Below the pieces are notes generated by a model. That model saw nothing but the letters and a program-made list of their open reading frames with translations, was not told the DNA's origin and ran no database searches. The position numbers were made by a program, and so were the translations under genes. A stretch of 64,000 nucleotides of DNA from a virus (taxonomy: Duplodnaviria; Caudoviricetes): IMG/VR virus record IMGVR_UViG_3300033463_000049, positions 1 to 64,000 of that record; one strand, 5' to 3'. This document shows positions 17,382 through 27,473 of the stretch, in pieces. Within the stretch, counting starts at the first letter, position 1; the number at the start of each line of letters is the position of its first letter.

Positions 17382-17480
17382 CCCACCATGCTTCCCGAAG
17401 CATCGCACGCAATAGCGGGGTGTTGATCAGCAGGTGGGCCGTATACAGGTTTTACGTGGGTACCTGTTAAAAACCACGTG
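17382..17480 (+). ncRNA. multi-hairpin RNA followed by an H-type pseudoknot
   Basis: CCCACC/GGTGGG closes internal hairpins; ACAGGT/ACCTGT is interlaced with ACGTGG/CCACGT. Confidence 0.55.
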
Positions 17481-17515
17481 CATCAAAACTTTTCTTAATT
17501 TTATTATGATATTAA

Positions 17516-17569
17516 GACCTATATGAAGGCACCCTTAAGAAAGGCTGGGATCGTTCCCCAGTATAGGTC
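17516..17569 (+). ncRNA. tRNA-like minihelix (8-bp acceptor plus T-like arm)
   Basis: GACCTATA/TATAGGTC; CTGGG-ATCGTTC-CCCAG; 21-nt connector. Confidence 0.6.
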
Positions 17570-17570
17570 C

Positions 17571-17648
17571 TGCCCCGTAGTGTAAATACCTTAAACACAG
17601 AGGATTCTAGCCCCTCATTTGGTCGCAGGTGACGGCCCGGGGTGACCA
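17571..17648 (+). tRNA. amber suppressor tRNA(CUA), probably Gln, with non-canonical D and T loops
   Basis: TGCCCCG-TA-GTGT-AAATACCTTAA-ACAC-A-GAGGA-TT-CTA-GC-CCCTC-ATTT-GGTCG-CAGGTGA-CGGCC-CGGGGTG-A-CCA; anticodon 17607-17609. Confidence 0.85.
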
Positions 17649-17670
17649 ATACTGAGAAAACAGTAAACAC

Positions 17671-17774
17671 ATCGGCGTAGTTCAAGAAAGGTAGGATAGA
17701 TTGCATGATACTCCCCTTGAGGACGATTGATAAGTATACAGTCAAAGCAGGTGCAACACCTGTCGCCGATACCA
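17671..17774 (+). tRNA. tRNA-like RNA with a 35-nt expanded anticodon loop
   Basis: ATCGGCG/CGCCGAT-A-CCA; D arm GTTC/GGAT; GATTG/CAGTC stem; T arm GCAGG-TGCAACA-CCTGT. Confidence 0.7.
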
Positions 17775-17777
17775 AAT

Positions 17778-17849
17778 CGCGGAGTGGAGAAGAGGTAACT
17801 CGTCAGGCTCATAATCTGAAGATCGCTGGTTCGATTCCAGCCTCCGCAA
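17778..17849 (+). tRNA. initiator tRNA-fMet(CAU)
   Basis: C1:A72 mismatch; TCAGG-CT-CAT-AA-TCTGA; GCTGG-TTCGATT-CCAGC. Confidence 0.9.
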
Positions 17850-17874
17850 CTCATCATGATAATATAAATTTATA

Positions 17875-18438
17875 ATGGAAATTAAATTTAAGAAACTTGA
17901 TCCGCGAGCAGTAGCTCCGGTACGCGCCCATTCTACGGACGCAGGTGTTGATTTAACTGCCACTCGTATCACGACCGAAATAAACGAGTGCGGACAGTTA
18001 ATTTTGGTATACCACACGGATATTGCAGTAGAGATTCCTGAAGGCTATTGGGGTGTACTTGCTCCGCGCAGCTCTATATTCAAGAAGTCTCTGTCTCCCA
18101 CAAACTCGATTGGCGTCATTGACGCTGGTTATAGAGGAGAGATTATGGCCAAGTTCCGTTCCACTACAGATGTGGTTCCTGCGGTATACAAAGAAGGTGA
18201 ACGATTTGCACAGCTTCTGATTGTTCCTGTTCCAGAAGTAACCTTTACTGAAGCATTTGAACTTTCCGATTCAGATAGAGGCGAAGGTGGTTATGGATCA
18301 TCGGATGCAGTGACGGACACATCAAGCGCGACGTCCAACGATGCTGGTTCTTCCGAAGATAAAGGTGAACCTACAAACCAGCAGAACGTTGCAGACGAGA
18401 GCGGCGGGGAAGCAAACATCCCTGAGCAGGCAGAATAA
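17875..18438 (+). CDS. dut: trimeric dUTPase with acidic C-terminal extension
   Basis: AGVDL, PRSS, GVIDAGYRGEI, FAQL and RGEGGYGSS motifs. Confidence 0.95.
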   Translation: MEIKFKKLDPRAVAPVRAHSTDAGVDLTATRITTEINECGQLILVYHTDIAVEIPEGYWGVLAPRSSIFKKSLSPTNSIGVIDAGYRGEIMAKFRSTTDVVPAVYKEGERFAQLLIVPVPEVTFTEAFELSDSDRGEGGYGSSDAVTDTSSATSNDAGSSEDKGEPTNQQNVADESGGEANIPEQAE

Positions 18439-18496
18439 TTACGTAATAAAAGCCTGAGAAGCGGCGTACATAGGAATGGCAATGCTTCACTGGTAC

Positions 18497-18521
18497 GGGG
18501 GACTCGAATAGAGCCCCCTTT
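18497..18521 (+). terminator. terminator-like hairpin
   Basis: GGGGGACTC-GAATA-GAGCCCCC-TTT. Confidence 0.5.
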
Positions 18522-18560
18522 AACCATATATATACTAATTACGCGTAAAAATTAAAAGAT

Positions 18561-19259
18561 ATGATTAATAATATAAGTTATACTGCTACGGCAAATAAAA
18601 CAAACGGTACCAGTACACTTGATGCTGCAGAATGGAATGCTTTGAGTCAGGCAGTGGCCGGTATTGCTGGAAGTAGTTCTTCTAATGGCGTTGACAGTAC
18701 GTCTGGCAACACATCCATAGAATCTGCATCCGGAAAGAACGTAGAAATTTACGGCAGGGACCGAGTTTACGTTGAGTCTGACAGTACTAATGCAAATTCA
18801 ATGGAGCTTGCATCTATGGGTGGAATTATAATCCGCACAAACGATTAGAATGGTGTAAATCAAAGATTGTATTTAAATGCTGGCTCAGTTGCTGAACTGA
18901 GTTCTGGAAAAAATGAGCTTACGTCATCAGTGTCAGTAGTTGGAGCAAGCCAATAGACGGTTGGCAGCGGAAGGATTAACATAGAGACGCCTGGTTTAGT
19001 AAACGTTGAGTGTGGTAGATTTGATGCAATTGCTACCGGAAGTGGCAATAGTGGCGGAATAACCATGTATTCTGACGAACCAATGCAAATTACGGCCGGA
19101 TATGGTGGAGAGATTAATTTTTATAAAAATCTCGACGCAGACGCCACCTCTTTTAACCAAGTAACTCTTTCGGATTTAATAGCCATAAAACATTATTTTG
19201 AGTCCAACCCTAATTTAGGGGTTACGTTTTCTACTCAAAGTACGCAAAGTGCGGCTTGA
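18561..19259 (+). CDS. putative virion fibre or beta-helix protein (2 TAG=Gln)
   Basis: Joins 18561-18848 and 19065-19259; NKTNG...LDAAEWNAL N-terminus. Confidence 0.75.
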
Positions 19260-19283
19260 TTATAAAAATTAACAACAAGCACG

Positions 19284-20054
19284 ATGATAAAAAATAATAA
19301 AATATTTTTCCGCACATATGATGCGTTTCAGAGTGCATTGCAAAACAATCAGATTAGTGGCGATTCTATAGTATTCATCGAAAACGGAGGTTTAATTTGG
19401 ACTCACGGTGCATTCTTTGGAGATGTGACAGATGATCTGGTCAACTATTGCTTGAAGAGCGAAACTTATACAAAAGCCGAAGTACAAGCATTGATAGACG
19501 CTGTTGAAAACTTCACATACAGAATTGCTCCAGAATTACCAACTGCTTCGGCAGACACAATGTATATAATCTATTTAGTACCATCCAATGGGTCTACTGC
19601 ATAGAATATAAAAGATGAATACATTACTATAGATAACGGCGAAGAAGCTGAAACACGATACACCTGGGAATAGATTGGTAGTACAGCAGTAAATATGTCT
19701 GGGTACTATACTAGCCAACAGACAGAGGCCGCTATTTCTACAGCACTCGCTGATTATACTCCAACATCTAGTTTATTGTCTCTGATAGCTGCAAATAAAG
19801 CTGCGCTGGGATTAAATAATGTTGGAAACTTCAAAGCCGTATCTACTGAAGCAAACCAGAATCTGATTGATGCCGAAAAGAGCAATGCACAGTTAAACAT
19901 GGGCTTGCCGTACATTGTAGACGTTAGAGAAGACGGGTTTTACCTGATCGACGAATACGGTTATATTGGTGCACAGTTGACTGAAGATGGATTTGATGCC
20001 ATAGGGTTAGAGAATGTAGGATCTGGAAGTACGATAACAATAACGAATTATTAA
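19284..20054 (+). CDS. putative fibre or structural protein (2 TAG=Gln)
   Basis: LPTASADTMYIIYLVP...DEYIT...YTWE[TAG]IGST. Confidence 0.8.
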
Positions 20055-20055
20055 T

Positions 20056-22278
20056 ATGGGAAAAGCACTTATTATTCCAAACGTTTCATTTGCAACTGAT
20101 AATCTGGGGCAGATAACGTTTGCAGACGGATAGCTGCGAAGCATAACGATCGTAGGTTCAGATTCTATTAGCGGCGTATCAACTTATACTGTAACATACA
20201 ATCCACAAGATACAGAACATACTGGTGTAGAATGGACAGTGTTGAGTGGTAATGCAACAATAGACCAGAATACTGGTGTACTCACTCCGTCTGCCGACGG
20301 AACAGTTGTTATACAAGCGCAAAGTACATACAATCGATCTATTGTAGCAACTAAGACTATCTCTGTTTCAATTGTAGTACCGCTTACAAGTATAAGTATT
20401 TACGGCAGTGATTCTATAGACGGTGTGTCTACGTATTCTGTAATATACAATCCGCAGAATACAACGCAGACTGGTGTTACATGGTCCGTGCTAAGTGGCA
20501 GTGCAACAATCGATTCTGTTACTGGCGTACTTACTCCGACACAAAGTGGTACAGTAGTCATTAAAGCAGAGAGTACATACAATTCGCTGATATATGACAC
20601 AAAGACAATATCTGTGAGTATAACAATTCCTGTAACGGATATCAGCATTGTTGGAAGTAGTACTATTGCCACAGCTACTGCATACAGCATCACATATACT
20701 CCGAATAACACAACTCAACAAGGAGTAGTATGGTCTGTAGATAGCGGAAATGCTACTATAAGTCAACAAGGTGTACTTTCGCCAACTGCTGATGGAACTG
20801 TTGTAATTAGAGCAACTAGCACTTACGATTAGTCAATTACAAAGACAAAGACTATTACGGTTGATTCGACTATTCCTGTAACCGGAATCACCATCGTAGG
20901 ACCAGGCACTATTGAAAACGAAGCTACATATTCTATATTATACAACCCTGCAAATACAACATAGACTGGAGTTGTTTGGGAAGTCACTAGCGGTTATGCA
21001 ACAATAAGTTCTGCCGGTGTACTGACGCTGACTGGAGTTAGTTCAGAGATTACGATCAGAGCTACATCTACACATAATCAAAATGTCTTTAATACAAAGA
21101 CTATCGCAGTAGATACTACACATCACTATGAGAGAGATTATGTTACCGTAGAATCGTTGGACGACAATAATACAATCAGTTTAAATAACTTCCAAAGTCT
21201 AGTTAACCCCACATTACAATATTCTCAAGATGGTGGACAAACTTGGACCGGCGTTACGTCTGTAAAGAATCAAATTATTGACGTGGTGACTATCAATTAG
21301 GGAGATGTAATTCTGCTGAAGAGTAATAGAAATAATGTTCCTTGGGCAAATAGTAGAAGCGCATATAATGGAATTCGGACGTCTGGACGAGTTAACGTTT
21401 CTGGTAATATATTATCGTTAATGGCTAGCGATAATTTCCAATCTTACAATGAAAGTGTTCTTCCGTCATACACATTCTTACAGCTGTTCTCGGGGGCCAA
21501 CGTTGTAGATGCGTCCAATTTGGTATTACCTTTGATCACAGGCACAAGTTGTTACGACGGAATGTTTAAAAATTGTACAACACTGACTTATGCTCCAACC
21601 CTTCCGGCGACTACATTAAATGGCGAGTGTTATAGAGAGATGTTCTACGGTTGTACGTCGTTGACTACAACACCGTCTTTGCCAGCCACGACGCTTGCAG
21701 ATAGCTGCTACAGAGATATGTTCTATGGTTGTACGAGCCTGACGACAGTTCCGCAGAATTTGTTACTTGCAACTACGCTTACATCCTCTTGTTACAGAGG
21801 CATGTTTGATAGGTGTTCATCACTGACTAATGTACCAAATCTGCCTGCTACTACTCTTGCGAGTGACTGCTACAGAAGTATGTTTAATCAGTGTTTATCT
21901 TTGACGTCAGTTCCCACTAATTTACTGCCAGCAACAACGCTTGCAAGCAGTTGCTATAAGTATATGTTCTGCGACTGCGAGAACCTTGTGGCTGCGCCTG
22001 TATTACCTGCCACCACGTTAGTTAATAACTGCTATGAGTACATGTTTGGTTCTGACATTCGAAATCAGAACTTCAAACTTGCGTCTATAGTTTGTCTCGC
22101 TACCAGCTTATCGGCAACAGACGCGCTGAAGAATTGGGTGAGTTGGACTTTAGCACAGAGTTCCATCGCTAACGGCACCTTTACTAAGGCGGCGGGCGTG
22201 ACATGGTCTACTGGTGTTAGCGGCATTCCGACTGGATGGACAGTGGAAGATTATGTAGAACCCTCTAACAACGAATAA
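20056..22278 (+). CDS. adhesin-like protein: four Ig-like (Big_2-type) repeats plus LPATTL..CY..MF..C.SL leucine-rich repeats (740 aa)
   Basis: Single frame through TAGs; repeat PANTT[TAG]TGV aligns with PQNTTQTGV and PNNTTQQGV. Confidence 0.85.
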
Positions 22279-22280
22279 GG

Positions 22281-24275
22281 ATGAAAACAATCAAGATAAC
22301 AGAGCAAGGCGCGACGGTTAGTCCGTTGACCGCCTTTGAGAGTGTCAAGAACGTGGCACCCCTGTTGGCATCGTCTCAGGTAGTAGGCCCTTGGATTTAT
22401 AATGGTAATGAGATAAGCCTGCCGTACAGCGTGAACGCAATAGACGGACAGACGAGCAGCTACGCCAAGGGAGAGTGGGAGTTTAATTCTTCTATCACCA
22501 TACACAAGGTACAGCCGACGTATCTGTGGTTCGACCATGCAGACCAAAGTGCTGACATCTACATCAACGATACAAAGGTGACAACCCACTGGGGCGGTTA
22601 CTGTTCATTTTTCGTTGACATCACGAACGCGATACAAGTTGGAACAAACGCGTTGAAGGTTGTGCTGAACAACCAGACGCGCGACGTGTTGGCACCTGAT
22701 AGCGCAGACTTTAATTTCAATGCTACACTGGGTGTAGTTCGTCTCGTGGCAAGTCCTGTACTGCCATCAGTAAATTACGGCTATGATGGATTCCATATCT
22801 CATCTGTTGTGACAGACGAAGAAGCCACGCTGACTATTAAAACCAACATTCCAACTTATGCAGATGTAGTGCTGCGAGTGCAGGATGAAGATTTTAGCTA
22901 TACTGAGCGCAAGTTTGGTAAGGGTGAGATATAGTTTGTGGTGACGATTGATAATCCGCACTTGTGGAACGGCAAATTGGACCCGCATCTGTATGACATA
23001 TCGTTAGACCTTTACTATAATGGAGAACAGTGTCATCACCTGACGAGAGCCTACGGATTGCGCTACTATACCGTAGATAATACGGGTTTCACGCTTAACG
23101 GTCAGTCGTATTTGCTGCGTGGTGTGTGTATGCACGAGGACATTGTAGGTAAGGCCAACGCTCTGACGTCAGAAGATATTGACCAGGAGTTTGGAATTAT
23201 TGAAGACCTTGGCTGTAATTTTATCCGTACTGCTCACTATCCACATCCGCGTCAGTTCTATGACTACTGCGACCGCCTCGGCATTATTGTACAGACGGAG
23301 ATACCCTGGGTAAATAAATGTTGGACGAGTCAGCCGCAGGACTATTGGACTCACCTTGCCACTCAGACGGAAGAAATGGTGAAGCAGCACATGAATCATC
23401 CGAGCATTGTGTTCTGGGGTCTCGGTAATGAGGTATCTAACAAAGGGACGTTTAATGGAACACTTGCGGGACAGCAGTTGACCATTTTGCGTGACGTAGT
23501 TCTCTCGATAGATACATCGCGTCCGATTGGCTTTGTTTGCTCGGATGGTGTATCAAACCCGTTAACCAACTACCACATAAATACTGTAGATTGGGCAGGT
23601 GTGAACTGTTACGTAGGTTGGTATCACGACAAAACCAGCAATGACCCGACAAGTCTGTTGGAGGACAGATAGTCAAAGATGGACACCAAGGCGCTTGCCC
23701 TCAGCGAATATGGATGTGGCGGTACACAAGATTGTCACTCTGAAAATCCAAGTTCGACTACTAACAAGGGTGCTGGTGGTGCAAGGCATGATATTGAGTA
23801 CATGATGTGGATTCACGAGGGTTATCTGGCGGCTATCCGTCAGATGCCGGAGCTTGTATTTACCTCCGTTTGGGTGTTGTTTGACTTTGCTATGGAAGGT
23901 CGTAATGAAGGTTATAAGCTTTGCCTTGATGGTACTACAACTACGACCGATAACAGCCTGCGTCGGCTGAATGACAAAGGTCTTGTTATGCGAGACCACG
24001 TTACTAAGAAGGACGTATTCTATCTTTATAAAGCAGAATGGTCGTCTGAAAAGTTTGTACACATTTGTCAGAAGTCGTATACGAAGAAGGCCGATAGAGT
24101 GATTAAGTGTTACTCAAACGATGGAACTTCATTTACATTGAAGGTTAATGGTACGACTGTAGAAACTGTAACAGCATCTGACAATATTGTTTTGTTTACA
24201 GCATACACTTTCCAAAGTGGGGATGAGATTACTGTAGAAGGTGCAACAACAAGCGATACATATACAATCGCATAA
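22281..24275 (+). CDS. glycoside hydrolase family 2 (beta-galactosidase/glucuronidase-like), 664 aa, 2 TAG=Gln
   Basis: NFIRTAHYP, HMNHPSIVFWGLGNE (acid/base), SEYG (nucleophile), W..FDF, NDKGLV. Confidence 0.9.
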
Positions 24276-24314
24276 TAATCTATAACAGAACCTCGACTGT
24301 CTAAAATGAGGGTT

Positions 24315-24396
24315 GACCTTATAGCTCAATTGGTAGAGCACCCGCCGGTATACAGTCCGATACGGCATGTTCTCGGTTCGAGTCCGAGTTGGGTCA
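24315..24396 (+). tRNA. tRNA-like gene with aberrant anticodon arm
   Basis: Canonical D arm GCTC-AATTGGTA-GAGC and T arm CTCGG-TTCGAGT-CCGAG; middle arm GCCG-G-TAT-ACAGTCCG-ATA-CGGC. Confidence 0.65.
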
Positions 24397-24467
24397 CAAT
24401 TTAGATTAACAGTTTCCGCGCTGCAATGCGGAGTTTAATTAATGTTAATTTAATTTATTTTTATTTT

Positions 24468-25370
24468 ATGGAAAGTTCAAAAATTATGATGTTCCCTGAG
24501 ATGGGTGCAAACAACAACATTGATCCAAACCTGCTGTTGGCCCTTAACAACAATGGTGGTTTTGGTGGTAATAACTGGATTTGGATTTTGTTCTTGTGGC
24601 TCATTTGGGGCGCCAACGGCTGGGGTAACAACGGCTGGGGCGGTAATGGTGGTAATGGATTCCTGTCTAATCAGCTCAGCAATGATAGTGGTCGTGAATT
24701 GCTGATGAATGCTATACAGGGTAACGGTACTGCAATTAGTAATCTTGCTAATCTGCTGAACACCGAAGTACAGACTGTACAGAATGGAATCTTTACTCTC
24801 AACAACGCCATTAATTCTGTTGGTACTCAAGTTGGTATGGGCAGCTTACAGATTCAGAATGCCATTCAGGCAGGCAATGCTTCTATTGCTTCTCAGATCT
24901 GTCAGTGCTGCTGCGAGAATCGTTTGGCTATTGCTAATCAGACTAACACACTGCAGGCTCAGGCTGCTGCTAATCAAGCTGCCGATCAGCTCGCTGTATG
25001 TCAGTAGACTAATGCATTAACAACTCAGGCTGAACGTAACACTCGCGACATAACTGAAGCCATCAATGCTCAGAGTGTAATGATCAACGATAAGTTCTGT
25101 GATCTTGAGAAACGTGAATTGTAGGATAAGATTAATACTCTTACTGCCGACAATGCCCTGCTTCGTTCTAACATCAACAACGACAGACAGACTACGTTTA
25201 TCAACGATAAGTTCAACGAAATCGAAAATCAGCTCGTTGCTATTAAATCAGCTCAACCTAATACTGTTCCTGTTCAGTGGCCTCAACTGACCGCTGTAAA
25301 CACTACTCCATATATGAGCAGTTTTTATGGATATGGAAACGGTTTCTGGGGTAACAATGTTTCATTTTAA
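24468..25370 (+). CDS. Gly/Asn-rich membrane protein with CQCCC motif and coiled coil (300 aa, 2 TAG)
   Basis: WIWILFLWLIW TM segment, GWGNNGWGGNG, ICQCCCENRLA. Confidence 0.85.
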
Positions 25371-25381
25371 TAAGTAAAGAT

Positions 25382-25717
25382 ATGGGAAGTTTCAATGTAA
25401 CTACTAATGTAAATGGAGTTCCCTATCTCAGCACTACTAATGTTACTGTAACGGATACGGCCGTAGACTTTGCTCTCGGTTTCCGTAGAATATAGCCGGT
25501 TGGTTATTTCACAGTACGTATTTAGGACGCCATTCCCGACGGCACTACCGGCACGCTGCCAGTATCGCTCACACTGAATGGTACGTCGCGTGCTCTTACT
25601 TCATTTAATGGAACTCCTGTAACCGCTGCCGATCTTACAGGAACTGGTATAATCACTGTATTCAACGACCGTTTCAACGGTATATTACAGTTGACATCTC
25701 CCGGTTTGGCAGCATGA
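25382..25717 (+). CDS. beta-rich hypothetical protein (111 aa, 2 TAG), absent from ORF track
   Basis: MGSFNVTTNVNGVPYLSTTNV...GTPVTAADLTGTGII...; ATG to TGA fills the gap exactly. Confidence 0.8.
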
Positions 25718-25741
25718 TATTAACCACTTAAATATAATATT

Positions 25742-26047
25742 ATGGTAATAATGGAAATGCGTGAAGCTGCAAAAGAGAGAGCTTTGGATCTCGTAGAGGA
25801 ATCTCACGAGATCGGACATGAGATGAAAATGGTTTTGTGCGAACTTGAAGATGCTTTGTACGATTGCTTTGAGGAGTCTGAAGAAAAGGATTCCGAGAAG
25901 AGTGAAGAGGGTACTGACCTCGGGTTCAAGACTAAGTATAATCGTCACTATGCTATGCGTAACTTTGACGATGATGATGAGCGTGAATCACATCAGTATC
26001 ATAGAACTCGTGCAATGCGTATGCGTCGTGGTAGAGTGAATCGTTAA
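25742..26047 (+). CDS. acidic/Arg-rich hypothetical protein
   Basis: 101-aa ORF. Confidence 0.8.
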   Translation: MVIMEMREAAKERALDLVEESHEIGHEMKMVLCELEDALYDCFEESEEKDSEKSEEGTDLGFKTKYNRHYAMRNFDDDDERESHQYHRTRAMRMRRGRVNR

Positions 26048-26061
26048 TTAAGTGATTAATT

Positions 26062-26562
26062 ATGTTTTCAGGATTACGACAAGGAACTGCTCTTTATGTA
26101 TTAGATAAGACTAAAGAGCCGAAGGTTGTTACTGGGTATGTGGAGCGTGTAAGCGCCCCGCATCCCCTGTATCAGAACTACAATCCTGCAGTTAGTTTTG
26201 GAACAAACCTCCAAACTGTTGTGGACGTGGTAGTGAAGATAGATGACGATAAGAAAGAATTTGTTGGCATACCTAGTACTGCCACTATTCATTCTTATGG
26301 TGATTACGTGCTAAGTGAGTCTAAGGATAATATGATTCAGGAAGTTACTGCAATGATGCAAAATAGCAAAAGTATATTAGCAAATGTGGAACAGCATGAA
26401 TCAAATGTGAAAGCTTGTGAAAATATACTAAAAGAGCTGAATCCTGTATACGCGAAAGAATAGGAAAGAGATGAGGCTATAGAGACCATCTCTGAACGTA
26501 TTGACCGTATGGAGGATATCCTTGTCAGACTTGAAAACAAACTTGGCATGTAGAATCAATGA
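26062..26562 (+). CDS. hypothetical protein with C-terminal coiled coil (2 TAG)
   Basis: MFSGLRQGTALYVLDK...; readthrough ends at an ATGA overlap with the next gene. Confidence 0.8.
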
Positions 26563-26951
26563 TTGCACAATACATAAAGTTAGGTGAAGGTTGGAATGTG
26601 CTTGTGTATTATGGAGTCTACGAAGAAGATTTTGTTGAAGTCGAAGATGCCCTCAAACAACTGGGGTGCTCCAAACGGGATGTGAGAAGGTCTTTAAAGG
26701 TGTTAACTAAAGAAAATACAGGTTTTACCTTTAGCAACTCAGAATACAGAATGAGTATAATATGTATAGGCCCTTCTTCAGATGTAAGTCAATTTGTAAA
26801 TACTGCCATACACGAAGCAAAGCATGTCCAATCTCATGTATGTTCTTACTATAATATTCCAGAAGATGGCGAAGATGCTGCATATCTAATGGGGTATTTG
26901 GTATAGAGAATGTACAAAATGTTTTCGAAAATAATAAGATAGTATATTTGA
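26559..26951 (+). CDS. zincin-like (HExxH) protein (2 TAG)
   Basis: NTAIHEAKH...GEDAAYLMGYL. Confidence 0.75.
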
Positions 26952-26954
26952 GAG

Positions 26955-27473
26955 ATGTTTGATATAATCGGAGATAAAATAAAATTTAATACCGAAGATT
27001 TAGCAATACCTCCTTTTAAATATCACTACAATAATGCCGAAGATAAACAATAGGCGTTAAAAGAGATAGAATACGTAATTTGGCTACACAAATGGAATAC
27101 GCCCTACGAGGCATACCCAATCAATGAGAGACCGTCTGTTGTAGCCAAAGACGTGTTCAAAGACGAACATTATGTTCCTTCTGAATAGGTAAAAGAATTA
27201 GAGAAGCGCTTTATTGAGTTTCAGGAAACACCGGGAACAAGATTGCTTAGTGCATCTCAAACTGCAGCAGAAGGTCTTATAACAGCGTTGAATGATTATT
27301 CATCTACACTGATGGATATCGATACTGCTATAAAGGTTACGAGGATATTAAAAGATGTAGGTAACATAGTTAAGTCGCTCGACATCGCAATGAAGCAAGC
27401 TAAAGCTGAACAGCTCGATGCTGGCAGAATTAAGGGCGGCGGTACTATAGGTTTATACGAAACAGTTAGATAA
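26955..27473 (+). CDS. crAss-like protein, possible terminase small subunit (2 TAG)
   Basis: MFDIIGDK...LAIPPF in frame with 27243-27473; position upstream of terL (function inferred). Confidence 0.6.
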
